A stretch of DNA of 64,000 nt from Candidatus Thorarchaeota archaeon (GCA_029858305.1 JAOUFI010000003.1:15788-79787); one strand, 5' to 3'; positions 27,751-38,735 are shown, counted from the stretch's first letter. Numbers and translations are program-made. The notes: generated from the letters alone by a model not told the origin.

Positions 27751-28893
27751 TTATTTTGCCGAAAGAATTTCATGTGCTTTCTTTAGTTGCTCTATAATGT
27801 CAATACCTTGTGGACACTTCTCTAAGCACTCTCCACATTCTTCACACGCAGAAGCATCCTTTCCTTGAGCCCATGGAGTTTTGCCAATCGTTGAATAATA
27901 GGATTTTGCCTTTGCCTGATCCCCATAGATCTGATAGCGTTGCAACGATTCAAAAATGAAGTTGATATTGACTTCATTTGGACAAGGTTGACAATACTTG
28001 CATTGAGTACAGACAAGGTCACACAACTCTTTGAATCTCTTTGCAATACCGTCAATTGATTTCTTTTCTGTCTTAGTTAGTACATTATAATCAGCACTCG
28101 AAGTGATGCTTAGGTTATCATTCAGCATATCGCCAGAGCCCATTCCTGATAGTGCAACTGAAACATTCGGATTACTCAGAACAAACTTGAACGCCAAATC
28201 CACGTAATTCTCGCGTCCGGGTGTCAGCCACTCCTTCATTTCTTCTGGCAGATTTTTTCCTGCAAGACGCCCACCACCTACAGATCCCATAGTCGCTACA
28301 GCTAGACCTTTTCTACCTGCATAATTGATCATCTCATGATTGACTTGGTCCACTATATTGTATTGCACAAGCATTAGCTCAAAATACCCAGAGTCAATAA
28401 TTTCTTTTAGAACTTCAGGCGTATCATGGAAGGAGAATCCTAGATGCTTTATTTTTCCATCCTCTTTTGCCTTCATGGCGCGTTCCAGTAAATTGAGTCC
28501 CAGCACCTTCTCTTCAAACGTCTTTTTATTTAAGGCATGAAACAAATAGAAATCCACGCTCTCTTCATCTAATCGTTGAAGCTGTTCATCCAGATACTGA
28601 TCAAAGTGCTCCTGCTTTGTGAACTCCTGCCGACCTACAGGGCATTTAGTTACCAGCGTGACACGTTCGCGATACCCATCTTTTAATGCCATTCCCAAGA
28701 CTACTTCGCTTTCACCACCGTGATAGGTCCAAGCAGTATCCACATACGTAATACCATTGTCAATTCCTTTTCGAATTAGCTTAATAGCTTCTAGTCTATT
28801 GATTTTACCATCTTCAGTTATTGGAAGACGCATACAACCAAATCCAAGTGCTGATACTTTAGTTCCTAGTTTTCCCAGCATTCTATATTGCAT
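27751..28893 (-). CDS. Aldo/keto reductase with C-terminal 4Fe-4S dicluster
   Basis: LGFGCMRLP, YVDTAWTYH, GFSFH, CTQCKYCQPCP, CEECGECLEKCP. Confidence 0.92.
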   Translation of the reverse strand: MQYRMLGKLGTKVSALGFGCMRLPITEDGKINRLEAIKLIRKGIDNGITYVDTAWTYHGGESEVVLGMALKDGYRERVTLVTKCPVGRQEFTKQEHFDQYLDEQLQRLDEESVDFYLFHALNKKTFEEKVLGLNLLERAMKAKEDGKIKHLGFSFHDTPEVLKEIIDSGYFELMLVQYNIVDQVNHEMINYAGRKGLAVATMGSVGGGRLAGKNLPEEMKEWLTPGRENYVDLAFKFVLSNPNVSVALSGMGSGDMLNDNLSITSSADYNVLTKTEKKSIDGIAKRFKELCDLVCTQCKYCQPCPNEVNINFIFESLQRYQIYGDQAKAKSYYSTIGKTPWAQGKDASACEECGECLEKCPQGIDIIEQLKKAHEILSAK

Positions 28894-29194
28894 GTTTTTT
28901 CAACTCGCGAGATGTTTTTGCTATGCAACTTGCGCTTGTTAAATTCACGGTTTCTCGTGAGAGTTCATAATAAACCCATCAAGATGTGAATTGAATTCAA
29001 TTGCAAAAGAAGTCATTATCCAAACATCGAGCACCTCTTTTTAATTCTTGCCTGGACTGTTTCACAATACACAATAAATGAAAACCAACAGATTTTATTT
29101 AGAGTAGGATATGAGTTGGATACCAAATCATCTGAGAAACACCTAATTTGGAATGAGCTGCTTAGAATGGTTTGGTCATTGGAGGATTGAAAAC

Positions 29195-29752
29195 GTGAGT
29201 CCTATAGAGATTCTTAGTGTGTTAGGCGCCTCTTTTCTCCTCTTCCGAATCTGGCTTGTTGAAATGAAGTTGCCTGATGAACTCCAATTTAGACGTAGAT
29301 ACTTCAGTCGTTTTTTCTCATATTATACAGGTTTCGCTCTCGTTTTTGGGCTTAGTTTCTATCCGTTTAATGTGATGGTAATGATCGCCTTCCCAATTAT
29401 ACTTGTGACATCTATTTGGGACATCAACTTCTACCGCAGGTTCAAGACTCAGACATATTGGACCAAAAACCGTGCTTGGGTGTTAATTGAAAGACTCACT
29501 TTACACCCTCCTGTAGTCATAGTAGCTTTATTCATGATTTTTAATGATGCAAGAAATTACATCCAGCCCCCCAATCTCCTCATGATGATAGTAAGTGCTC
29601 TTATCCTCTTTCTTCCATTCTTCCTACTTGATGCACGGTGGACACGACGTTACAAATGGCCTGAGGCTGTAATTGTAATTGGACTAATGGTCGCATCTGG
29701 TGCATCGTTACTACTTGCAGAAGCAATTCTTTGGGGTGTTCCATTTTGGTAG
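29195..29752 (+). CDS. Hypothetical integral membrane protein (~6 TM)
   Basis: Hydrophobic helices, ERLTLHPP motif. GTG 29195 follows GGAGG (ORF track starts at 29153). Confidence 0.6.
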   Translation: MSPIEILSVLGASFLLFRIWLVEMKLPDELQFRRRYFSRFFSYYTGFALVFGLSFYPFNVMVMIAFPIILVTSIWDINFYRRFKTQTYWTKNRAWVLIERLTLHPPVVIVALFMIFNDARNYIQPPNLLMMIVSALILFLPFFLLDARWTRRYKWPEAVIVIGLMVASGASLLLAEAILWGVPFW

Positions 29753-31032
29753 CTGAAAGCCAAAAGACATCTGATTCATTCTTGGAATACTTCAAGAAAT
29801 CTCGGCTACTCAAAATTGGCCTTGCTTTCAATCTCATTTACTTTGTTGGTGCAATTTTTGGTTTGATTTACTTTTTCTTTGAGGGAACAGTTCTTGAAAC
29901 TGTCTATACTGTAGACTTTCGTGTTTTCTATGAGGCTGGCCAAGTATTCATAAGCTCTCCAAGCGAAATCTACTCCGTTAATCCAAATGGATTGCCATTC
30001 AGATACTTCCCCTCATTTGCCGCATATATGGCTATATTCACAGGTATTCCATTACTAACACTCTACTTGATCAACATCACGCTGATGATGATTTGTAATC
30101 TGGGCATAGTCTATTTTGTATATCAAGTGAGCCAACAAAAGGGAGTATCCACTTCCACAAAGAATTTTGAAAGAACACTTCTCTTTGTTTTCATTGCACC
30201 TCAGCACATTGTCAATATCATGTTTGGACAAATCACACAGCTGGCTATACTTCTAGCATTGATCGTGCTGTTTCTATTGCAGTCTTCAAATCATGACTCG
30301 CTGGGGTGGTTTTTTGTTACAGGTATACTAATCGGACTAGCAGCAACCCTCAAACCTTTCTTTCTAGTATTCATTCCTTTTATGGTTCCAATAACTGCAA
30401 TGGACAGGGTACGTTTCAGTGTAGCTTTTAGACAATTAGTTGGAGTAGCTCTTGGATTCATGCTAGTAATGCTTCCAAATATTGTGTATTTCTTCACATA
30501 CCCTTCCGCATTGGATGGTTTCATCAGAGTGAATCTTTTTGAAGATCTAACTGGTCAACACAGCACAAGCATTACCAAACTAGTAATAGCCTTTGTACCA
30601 TTCTCTGACACGAATCTATTACAAATTATTATTATTCTAATTTTAGGTGGGTTCCTATTCTTCAGAAGTTATGTCCGGTTTGTCAAGACTCCTCCCAATC
30701 AGAAAGATTATCTAAGACACTTTGTAGAGATGACATTTCTCATTCTTCTTGTCTATCCCGATTCATGGTTTCTCTTTCTTGCTATTTGGTATGCATTCTT
30801 GGCGCCATCAATGCTTCATCTATATAATTCTGATTCAGTTTCAGAAATGAATTTGCGGAAACTAGATTATCTATGGTCAGGTGCAAACAATTTACTAGCT
30901 TTCTTTTCTATTGGGATTATTCTACATTACCTAATACTCGGATTTGACCCAATTATCCCAATATGGCTGACAATCCTATTCATTCTATATGACCGTATCT
31001 CACAATTAGATACTATTTCTACAACTTCATAA
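29731..31032 (+). CDS. GT-C membrane glycosyltransferase, GT87/DUF2029-like
   Basis: VDFRVFYEAG, PFRYFPSFA, FGQIT, LAATLKPF; polytopic. Confidence 0.8.
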   Translation: MGCSILVAESQKTSDSFLEYFKKSRLLKIGLAFNLIYFVGAIFGLIYFFFEGTVLETVYTVDFRVFYEAGQVFISSPSEIYSVNPNGLPFRYFPSFAAYMAIFTGIPLLTLYLINITLMMICNLGIVYFVYQVSQQKGVSTSTKNFERTLLFVFIAPQHIVNIMFGQITQLAILLALIVLFLLQSSNHDSLGWFFVTGILIGLAATLKPFFLVFIPFMVPITAMDRVRFSVAFRQLVGVALGFMLVMLPNIVYFFTYPSALDGFIRVNLFEDLTGQHSTSITKLVIAFVPFSDTNLLQIIIILILGGFLFFRSYVRFVKTPPNQKDYLRHFVEMTFLILLVYPDSWFLFLAIWYAFLAPSMLHLYNSDSVSEMNLRKLDYLWSGANNLLAFFSIGIILHYLILGFDPIIPIWLTILFILYDRISQLDTISTTS

Positions 31033-31084
31033 TTGGCATACCGTATGATTCTTATCAAAGAATAGCGGATAATCTACGATTGTT

Positions 31085-31906
31085 ATGACCGAAGACATAA
31101 GCTTGGAGAACTCGTCTGGCTCACCGATTTCTTTTTCATATTTGAAAAAATTCAATATCTATGCCGGTGTTCTTCATCTAATAACTGGAATACTCATGCT
31201 ATTCTTGGGTTTAAATTTGGAGTGGGAGCAGGATGTTTATGCCTTCTATCTCGATTTTCAAATACTTCCTGTTGATCCATTCTTCGTAGTGCAACCGACA
31301 CCTGTTGTCATATTCACACTTTCATACATCGGAGTGATTCTGGCATCATTCCCGTTAATGTCAGCTCTAGCTCATTTCTTAATCGCGTTTCCACTGAAAG
31401 ACAAGTATGTGGCAAATCTCCAGAAAGGTATGAACCCATACAGATGGTATGAGTATGCAGTATCAAGCTCAGTGATGATTTTCCTGATCACATTCCTCTT
31501 GGGAATTTGGGATATATGGTCACTTGTGATGATTGTTGTTCTGAATGCTATGATGATTATGTTCGGATATCTAATGGAGTATGTTAATCAGTATACAGAG
31601 AAAACTACCTGGAAACCTTTCATATTAGGATGCATTTCTGGTGGAACACCTTGGGTTGTCTTATTCGGATATTTCGCGGCCGCAATTAGTGCTGCAGAAA
31701 CCAATCCTCCAACCTTTGTGTACATTATCATATTCATGTACCTAATCCTCTTCAACATCTTTGCACTGAATCAATTCCTGCAATACAAACGAGTCAGTAA
31801 ATGGAAAGACTATCTCTATGGAGAACGAATGTACATTATTCTAAGCTTGATTGCGAAAACTCTACTTGCATGGATTGTTTTTGCTGGAATATTTGCACCA
31901 TTCTAA
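31085..31906 (+). CDS. heR: Heliorhodopsin
   Basis: Seven TM helices, TM1 His (GVLHL), TM2 His (SALAHF), NPYRWYEYAVSSSVM (counterion Glu), FALNQFLQY, YLYGERMYIILSLIAKTLLAW (SLxAK retinal Lys). Confidence 0.95.
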   Translation: MTEDISLENSSGSPISFSYLKKFNIYAGVLHLITGILMLFLGLNLEWEQDVYAFYLDFQILPVDPFFVVQPTPVVIFTLSYIGVILASFPLMSALAHFLIAFPLKDKYVANLQKGMNPYRWYEYAVSSSVMIFLITFLLGIWDIWSLVMIVVLNAMMIMFGYLMEYVNQYTEKTTWKPFILGCISGGTPWVVLFGYFAAAISAAETNPPTFVYIIIFMYLILFNIFALNQFLQYKRVSKWKDYLYGERMYIILSLIAKTLLAWIVFAGIFAPF

Positions 31907-31922
31907 TAAGATTAAACCAAAA

Positions 31923-31960
31923 GAGAGTATAATTGATTGAATCAGCAGCATTATACTCTC
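31923..31960. other. 11-bp inverted repeat downstream of heliorhodopsin
   Basis: GAGAGTATAAT...ATTATACTCTC. Confidence 0.5.
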
Positions 31961-32161
31961 ATTCCATTTCTTATTTGACTGATTACGATTTGACTTGCTT
32001 ACATTTTAGTATATTGAACTCATTATTCCTATCGAACATATTTGAAGTATTTTGAACCTTTAAATTACAAATAGAGCGTTATGAGCAGATATTAAAATTT
32101 AGATTTTTATGTTACGAAATCTTGCTTATTAATAATAAAATATTGTTAATTTTGTGATTCA

Positions 32162-33217
32162 ATGATGAAGTACGCTATTCTTAACAAAGCGCTTCTTGGA
32201 ATGGTACTACTATTGCTGGTATCATCCATAGTGGTTGTCAGTGCAACAACAACAACTGAGGATGAAACCACAGAGACTGAAACCACGACAGAAGACGAAA
32301 CTACAACCTCTATCAACGATGATGATTCCAATGACCGTGAAGTGACCGTCATGACGACATCTACACATGCTGAAATTGAATCAAAGCTTGAATCAGGAGG
32401 TACTGAAGACTCCTTCAAGATCGAAGTCGATGTTGGTGTTAACGGCGTTGAGTTCAAAATCGCATTTGAAGCTGAAACGGCAACAAATGAAACCGAAAGA
32501 GAGTTTGAGGTCGATTTCAGCCAGCTAGTTGAGTTCATTGATGAGAACAGCAATGGTGTCTATGATGATTCAGTAGATACTGATGTTCAGACACTAGAGC
32601 TGAATAGTTTTGAACCAATCGCATACACGACTGAGAACATTTCAGGGATCACCGTACATGTGTTTGATGTTTCAACTACCGATGGCATCTTTGGTGCAAG
32701 GATTTATGCGACTGGAGATTTCACCAATATCAACGGCAGTCTCATTGCTCCTACTCAGGTGAAGATTGATGTGTTCATTCACGACTTCAATTTCACAGAC
32801 GTGGATTCACAGCTCGCCTTGAAGGTGGAACTCAGTAGTGAGTTGGAAACCTCTTTCAATGACCAGACCGAGGATGAAGAGGATGGGAGAGCCACCGATG
32901 AAGCAGCAGTTGACATTCTCATGACAGACACCAATGGTTTCTTCTCTTGGAAGGAATCTGCTGAAATCGATGGAATCGCCCATCAGGTCAACTCTAGCAT
33001 TCATGAAGTCTCAGCAACAGAACAAGAAATCTATCTGAACTACCCACAGGGTAGCGAGATAGTTCATGATCCTAAGATTGGTTTTGAGAATCTCCTTATC
33101 ATGGGGGGGAATCCCTTGCCAATTGCGGACTTCATTGCTGACAACTTGCTTCCTATCTCCATTGGCCTTGCTATTGTCGTTATTGGATTAGTTGTAGTGG
33201 CTAAGCGAAGGTCGTAG
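32162..33217 (+). CDS. Acidic exported beta-rich surface protein with C-terminal TM anchor
   Basis: Signal peptide, T/E-rich linker, DENSNGVYD, YPQGSEIVHDPKIG, TM and KRRS. Confidence 0.7.
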   Translation: MMKYAILNKALLGMVLLLLVSSIVVVSATTTTEDETTETETTTEDETTTSINDDDSNDREVTVMTTSTHAEIESKLESGGTEDSFKIEVDVGVNGVEFKIAFEAETATNETEREFEVDFSQLVEFIDENSNGVYDDSVDTDVQTLELNSFEPIAYTTENISGITVHVFDVSTTDGIFGARIYATGDFTNINGSLIAPTQVKIDVFIHDFNFTDVDSQLALKVELSSELETSFNDQTEDEEDGRATDEAAVDILMTDTNGFFSWKESAEIDGIAHQVNSSIHEVSATEQEIYLNYPQGSEIVHDPKIGFENLLIMGGNPLPIADFIADNLLPISIGLAIVVIGLVVVAKRRS

Positions 33218-33235
33218 TTTAATCATCGTGGATAT

Positions 33236-33270
33236 GGAGAAGAGATAGAATCTCTTCTCCTAATTTTTTC
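33236..33270. terminator. Hairpin between convergent genes
   Basis: GGAGAAGAGAT-AGA-ATCTCTTCTCC followed by TAATTTTTTC. Confidence 0.65.
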
Positions 33271-33278
33271 TATAAAGC

Positions 33279-35168
33279 CTAGATGATGCCGAAGTCATCC
33301 AATTCCGTGGTGGAATCCTGCTTCAGAGCCAATTGATATGCTGGTTGCATCATCTCAGCAGTACTCTTCTTTGTGAGCCTAAATGGCGCCTCCGTCTGCC
33401 GAATCAAGCCTCTCTCCACGAACTCCCTCATATCTATTGGTAGCCAGATTTCACTGAAGTGATCCTTTAGATCGTAGTGTGTAATCTCATCCTCTTTTTC
33501 GAGTAATCTCTTGACTGGTTCGATAAAGGTCTTCAAGTGTTCATCTAGGTAGCATTCCATCTTCTCCAAAACAGTTTCAACGAGGTCAAATGTTTTCTTT
33601 GGAGCATGAACAAACTCAGTGAATATTGAATTGAAGAATTCTGGATTGAACTCCAATGCTTGAGCAGTAGACTCTCGTAACGGAATTGCCCTATTCAGAA
33701 GAACCTCAATGTTTGCCATGCGACGTATTCCAGAGGTCATGAAGTTGAGTGCGAAGTGAGGGTCATCTTTTACATCGAGCGCTTTGTATGCCTTGTTGAT
33801 CAGGTCCTTGCAAAAGACATAGTTGAGCAATAACAAGTTCTCAAGGTCTCTGGAGCCTATGTTCTGGAGGTCTTCATAGAGATCATGAATCGTGTCATCT
33901 CTAGTGAACAGTAACGTACTCTTTGAGAAGTACGAATGGAAAATGCTTCCATCTCTTACTCTGTGAACCAATTTTCGAAAGGCATCTCGTGTGAAGAGAT
34001 AGGTATCAACATAGACATCCTTCTCAACTAGCGCCTTGTAATGCTGATAGATGTCGTCTCTTGTAACAATAAGTACATCGAGGTCTGACTTTTCCCAGAC
34101 TGTATCGTAGGATAGACTTCCCGCGAGCATGAGTGAAAGGACATATTCATCAGTCTTCACCTTCTGCACTAATTCTTCAGCTGCCACTCTATAATCATCC
34201 TGTACTTGCTTGCGTTCCACCTTCGAAGGTCCAACTAGAGTTGGTATAACCTCATCAGGAAGGAACGACTTCCAATTGAAGTGATACTGAGCCTCATTAT
34301 ACTCAACCACTCCTTTCTTGGTGATTTTAACTGGATTGATAGTCCGACGGAGAATTCGACGCCTGTGCAAGTGCTCAAGGTCTATGGTTTCCCAGCCACC
34401 CTGAGCGAATCTATCGTTTATCTCTGTCTGCGTAGCCGTACCTTCATTCTCGGAGATGAAGTCTAGTACAGGCTTGTAAATGTCAAGGTCAAGTGTATCA
34501 AGAAACTCATACGATTTCCTTAACGTTCGTTCAAGAGATTCGTGCGTCACTTTTGTATCAATGAAACCATCAAAAAGCTCGGGAAAGAGGTCTGGTTTGA
34601 GCTCCCTTCCTCGAAGGATGACTTCTCTGGGGGGGTAGATATCATTCAAGTAGCACAACAAGTATCCTAATTCGCTTAGGGCATGTATAAGAAAATGAAA
34701 ACTGTGCGGGAGGTCTCTCTTGATATAGAGATACTTCTCTGACTTTGAGAGGTCGTATCGCACGGCAAGGTCGTATCCCATCTGTTGTAGCTGACGGTCT
34801 CGTGTACCAACATTCTTGTTCAGGTTTTTGTAGAAATCAGTCAGTGAGCAATCTCGTGAGAAGACCAATTTACTATATGTCAAGAATTGCAGCAGTCCAA
34901 GACCTCTTGGTGATTGAACATGTCGCATAAAGTCATCACGACTATAGATTTGCACGTCGATTGGAACTCCAAATTCGACAAGTCTTGCTGTGCGGTGCTT
35001 TCCATCATCTGTTATGACGAAAGCATTTATGTTAGACCGCTCGGTGACCTCATCGTAAGCCATACTTCCGTAGACGATGATTCCCAGGACGTGTGTGTCC
35101 TTCTTCGCTCGGGCGATGAAGCTTGACAAAGCATCATCGAACTGCTTCCGTACTTGCGGATCTTCCAT
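33279..35168 (-). CDS. Tandem-duplicated Pol-beta-type nucleotidyltransferase-like protein
   Basis: Two homologous halves: YGSMAYDEVTERSNIN and AGSLSYDTVWEKSDLD (GS..DxD), each followed by a helical domain. ATG 35168 follows GGAG (ORF track starts at 35177). Confidence 0.75.
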   Translation of the reverse strand: MEDPQVRKQFDDALSSFIARAKKDTHVLGIIVYGSMAYDEVTERSNINAFVITDDGKHRTARLVEFGVPIDVQIYSRDDFMRHVQSPRGLGLLQFLTYSKLVFSRDCSLTDFYKNLNKNVGTRDRQLQQMGYDLAVRYDLSKSEKYLYIKRDLPHSFHFLIHALSELGYLLCYLNDIYPPREVILRGRELKPDLFPELFDGFIDTKVTHESLERTLRKSYEFLDTLDLDIYKPVLDFISENEGTATQTEINDRFAQGGWETIDLEHLHRRRILRRTINPVKITKKGVVEYNEAQYHFNWKSFLPDEVIPTLVGPSKVERKQVQDDYRVAAEELVQKVKTDEYVLSLMLAGSLSYDTVWEKSDLDVLIVTRDDIYQHYKALVEKDVYVDTYLFTRDAFRKLVHRVRDGSIFHSYFSKSTLLFTRDDTIHDLYEDLQNIGSRDLENLLLLNYVFCKDLINKAYKALDVKDDPHFALNFMTSGIRRMANIEVLLNRAIPLRESTAQALEFNPEFFNSIFTEFVHAPKKTFDLVETVLEKMECYLDEHLKTFIEPVKRLLEKEDEITHYDLKDHFSEIWLPIDMREFVERGLIRQTEAPFRLTKKSTAEMMQPAYQLALKQDSTTELDDFGII

Positions 35169-35186
35169 CTGCAACAACTCCTACTC

Positions 35187-38018
35187 TCAGGAAGATACCA
35201 CAACACTTTGGAGGAACTTGCCAGTGTAAGACTTCTCACACTTGATTATGTCTTCTACGGTGCCCTCCGCGATGACCTCTCCACCTTCGGCTCCACCTTC
35301 AGGGCCAAGATCTATCACCCAGTCCGCGGACTTGATGATATCGAGGTGGTGTTCAATGACGATAACAGTGTTTCCCGCGTCCACAAGCCTATTGATGGTC
35401 TTCAGAAGCATCTGGATGTCCTGCATATGAAGACCCACACTGGGTTCATCCATAATGTACAGATTATCCTTCAGCTTCTTCAGTTTTCCAAGCTCCTTTG
35501 CAAGCTTGATTCTCTGGCTTTCGCCTCCTGACAAAGTTGGCGCAGGTTGTCCAAGTTTGAGGTATCCCAGCCCAAGCTCCATCATGGTCTTTGTCTTGTG
35601 TCGGATGAGTCGTACATCCTTGAAGAACTCGCAAGCCTCCTCAACACTCATGTTTAGGACATCTCCAATGTTCTTCCCATTGTACTTGATTTCAAGTACT
35701 TCTTCAGAGAAGCGAGCCCCCTTACACACGGGGCAGACAGTCTGTATATCGGGCATGTACTGCAATTCTATGCGAACAAGTCCCTCGCCGTTACACTCCA
35801 CACATCGCCCTTCAGTAGAGTTATAGCTGAATCGCCCAATGCTGTATCCACGTTCCTGTGCCATCTTGGTGTGAGTATAGAGACTCCGTATCTTGTCAAA
35901 AAATCCAACATACGTTGCTGGCGTCGACCTTGAATGCCTTCCAATGGGTGACTGGTCCACAATCCTGACATCAGAGATATTCTCAATTCCTTCGAGTCTC
36001 TCGAGTTTTCCAGGGAGGATACGAGGGTCATTCATATCATGAAGGAGCTTGTTCCCAAGGACATCCTCGATCAAGGTGCTCTTGCCCGAACCGCTCACTC
36101 CGGTGATACAAATGAAGACACCGAGGGGGAACTCCACTGAGATATTCTTCAAGTTGTTCTCCGTGGCTCCAACAACCTTCAGAGTCTTTCCATTCGGCGC
36201 TCGTGCTTTGCCGAGGTACGGAATGCTCTTCGTCCCAACGATATACTTTCCAGTCAAGAACTTGGGATTGTTGAGAATCTCTTCCAGCTGACCCTGAGCG
36301 ACAATCTTCCCTCCGTGCAGACCAGGTCCAGGTCCTATCTCTATGATATTATCAGCCTGTTTGATAGTTGCAAGATCGTGTTCAATAACTATCACAGTAT
36401 TGCCCGTGTCCCTTAGGCGTTTCAGAATGTCCACTATTCGGTTACTATCTCTCATGTGGAGACCTATACTAGGTTCATCAAGCACGTACAGCATTCCCAT
36501 TAGTTCAGAACCCAGTTGAGTCGAGAGCTTGATTCTCTGAGCCTCGCCCGCGCTTAGAGTCCTTGCTCGCCTGTTGAGTCGGAGGTAATAGAGACCAATG
36601 TCTATGAGGAGTTGGATACGTTTCCGCAACTCACCAATGACCTGATTCCCTGCCTTCTCTACATCTTTGGGGACTTTTATGGAATCTGCAAACTCCAGTA
36701 ACTGATTGATAAACAGCTCACCAAGTTCGTCGATATTCCTCCCATCCACAGTGACAAGGATTCTCTGCTTGATGAGCTTCTGTCCCTTACAGTCTGGACA
36801 GAGATGCTCTGCCATTATCTTCCTATACCACTCATAGTGTTCACCCTTCTTCCGGTCATGCTTGTAGAACCTGTCAATATAATTGCAGACACCCATGTAC
36901 CGGACCTTCTTTCCCACATCACGATGCCTGTATTTGTTAGGCCAATCCGGAGGCTCTTGAAGTATGAACTCCTCCTTGATACCCCATAGTATCTGATGCT
37001 GAATATCCTCTGGAAGTTCTCCAAACGGAGTGTCCATATCGAACCCCAAATGCTGGCTAACGCTGTACATCCAATACTTGGCATACCACGCAAGAGCCCC
37101 GTGTTTCAGGCTCTTCTTTGGGTCAACGATGATAAGCCTAGACTCCGCCTTCAGGAGTGTACCAACACCAAGACAAGTGGGACAGGCATTCTCTGGCAAG
37201 TTTGCTGAGAATGCTCCAGGAAGAAGTTTGTGCATAATGATATGATGGTCTTTACACCCAAAGCCCTTGTAGAACTTCTCCAATACATCATCAGTGACAT
37301 TTTCATCTAGTTCGAACCGGATGAATCCGCTACCAACATTCTTAGCGTTCTCTATAGAAATCGCAAATTGATGATACAAGTCTTGCTTAATGATGATTCT
37401 ATCGACAAGAACCTCAATCCGATAGTCTTTGTCCTCATCCAGCTCTATCTTGTCATTGATGCTGAATGGTTCACCATCGATTCGAATCCGTTTGTACCCT
37501 TTTTGTCGTATCTCATCGAACAGGTAAGGATAGTCCTCATCATAGAACTTGTTCACTGGAGCAAGAATCTCAACACTTGTCCCCTCAGGTAAAGTCATGA
37601 GGTGATCAACAATTTGGTTTGCATTACGTGTGTGGACCTTCCTATTGCAGTAAGGACAATGAGCTTGCCCTAGAACTGAGAAGAGAATTCTCATGTAGCT
37701 TGAGATATCAGTCATTGTCGATACAGTAGACCTTGGATTAAGAGTCCCAGTCTTTTGTTCGATTGCGACGACTGGTGACAATCCAATGATGGAGTCTACA
37801 TCAGCACGCTCTAGCATGGGCAACATGGTTCGAGAAGTTGCTGACATTGATTCGAAGAACCTGCGCTGCGCTTCACTGAAAATAACGTCAAAAGCTAGCG
37901 AAGTTTTTCCCGACCCCGATAAACCCGTGATGACGGTCAGTTTATCGCGGGGGATATCCACATCGATATTTTGTAGATTATTTGTCCTAGCACCCTTTAC
38001 ACTAATGTATTCTCTCAT
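35187..38018 (-). CDS. uvrA: Excinuclease ABC subunit A-like ATPase (UvrA, divergent)
   Basis: [53 protein letters not shown], zinc motifs CPYC, CPTC/CPDC, CVEC/CPVC. Confidence 0.92.
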   Translation of the reverse strand: MREYISVKGARTNNLQNIDVDIPRDKLTVITGLSGSGKTSLAFDVIFSEAQRRFFESMSATSRTMLPMLERADVDSIIGLSPVVAIEQKTGTLNPRSTVSTMTDISSYMRILFSVLGQAHCPYCNRKVHTRNANQIVDHLMTLPEGTSVEILAPVNKFYDEDYPYLFDEIRQKGYKRIRIDGEPFSINDKIELDEDKDYRIEVLVDRIIIKQDLYHQFAISIENAKNVGSGFIRFELDENVTDDVLEKFYKGFGCKDHHIIMHKLLPGAFSANLPENACPTCLGVGTLLKAESRLIIVDPKKSLKHGALAWYAKYWMYSVSQHLGFDMDTPFGELPEDIQHQILWGIKEEFILQEPPDWPNKYRHRDVGKKVRYMGVCNYIDRFYKHDRKKGEHYEWYRKIMAEHLCPDCKGQKLIKQRILVTVDGRNIDELGELFINQLLEFADSIKVPKDVEKAGNQVIGELRKRIQLLIDIGLYYLRLNRRARTLSAGEAQRIKLSTQLGSELMGMLYVLDEPSIGLHMRDSNRIVDILKRLRDTGNTVIVIEHDLATIKQADNIIEIGPGPGLHGGKIVAQGQLEEILNNPKFLTGKYIVGTKSIPYLGKARAPNGKTLKVVGATENNLKNISVEFPLGVFICITGVSGSGKSTLIEDVLGNKLLHDMNDPRILPGKLERLEGIENISDVRIVDQSPIGRHSRSTPATYVGFFDKIRSLYTHTKMAQERGYSIGRFSYNSTEGRCVECNGEGLVRIELQYMPDIQTVCPVCKGARFSEEVLEIKYNGKNIGDVLNMSVEEACEFFKDVRLIRHKTKTMMELGLGYLKLGQPAPTLSGGESQRIKLAKELGKLKKLKDNLYIMDEPSVGLHMQDIQMLLKTINRLVDAGNTVIVIEHHLDIIKSADWVIDLGPEGGAEGGEVIAEGTVEDIIKCEKSYTGKFLQSVVVSS

Positions 38019-38219
38019 TCATTCATGCCTCCCTACATCAGTTCAACCCAGTGCCTCCCTATGACAGGTTACAACGACCCTATGAGAGTTATCGGGCCTG
38101 ATGATAGCTTGAGGTTTCTCACGATATGAGAAAGTGTTCTGAGCGGGACTCGAATCGTATTTAGAAGGTTCGATTTCAGCAGGATATTCGAATAATTAAA
38201 AGGAGGAAGTCAATGAGTG

Positions 38220-38235
38220 TTGACTTATTGGTCAA
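38220..38235. promoter_or_regulatory. Palindrome upstream of the ArsR-like gene (candidate operator)
   Basis: TTGAC-TTATTG-GTCAA. Confidence 0.3.
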
Positions 38236-38282
38236 GTACCGTAGGATTATATCTCTCTAAAACAAGTCATTCCTGATGAACA

Positions 38283-38735
38283 ATGACTTCTGATGAAGTG
38301 TTTGAAGCAATATCGCACCCGATGAGAATTGCTATTCTGAAGGAATTGGCTAAGAAACCAATTCGATTTGCTGATCTCAAACGGAAATTAAGAATCAAGA
38401 GTGGCGGACTCTTGGACTTTCATCTCAAGAAAATGGAGGCAGTAATAATCACTGATAAGGACGGGCTCTACACACTGAATAATCGAGGATTCGCTGCTCT
38501 TCGTGCAGTTCACATTGTTACAAATTATGGCTGGCAGAGAAGATCATGGTGGCTTAATGTATTGATGATGTTTATGCTTAACATCTACTTCTTCTTTACA
38601 GCGTTTGAATTTTACATCTTTGTAGCAATTCCGACATTTGGTTGGCTTCTTTTCTATAGTTACTGGACCTTTGTGAAGCGAAGAGTTAGTCTAAGAAGTA
38701 ATGGTGCAGACCAAGAAAATGTGGAGGTATCATGA
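38283..38735 (+). CDS. ArsR-like winged-helix regulator with two C-terminal TM helices
   Basis: VFEAISHPMRIAIL, FADLK..GLLDFHLKK, YTLNNRG, then hydrophobic helices. Confidence 0.8.
   Translation: MTSDEVFEAISHPMRIAILKELAKKPIRFADLKRKLRIKSGGLLDFHLKKMEAVIITDKDGLYTLNNRGFAALRAVHIVTNYGWQRRSWWLNVLMMFMLNIYFFFTAFEFYIFVAIPTFGWLLFYSYWTFVKRRVSLRSNGADQENVEVS

Noticed and set aside
32240-32340. ACA/GAA-rich quasi-repeats
   Set aside because: Low-complexity Thr/Glu linker coding sequence, not a CRISPR array or tandem-repeat element.
38099-38142. TGATGA...CTGA with an internal hairpin, resembling a box C/D sRNA or K-turn
   Set aside because: There are no convincing D'/C' boxes or terminal stem. It cannot be supported without a covariance search.
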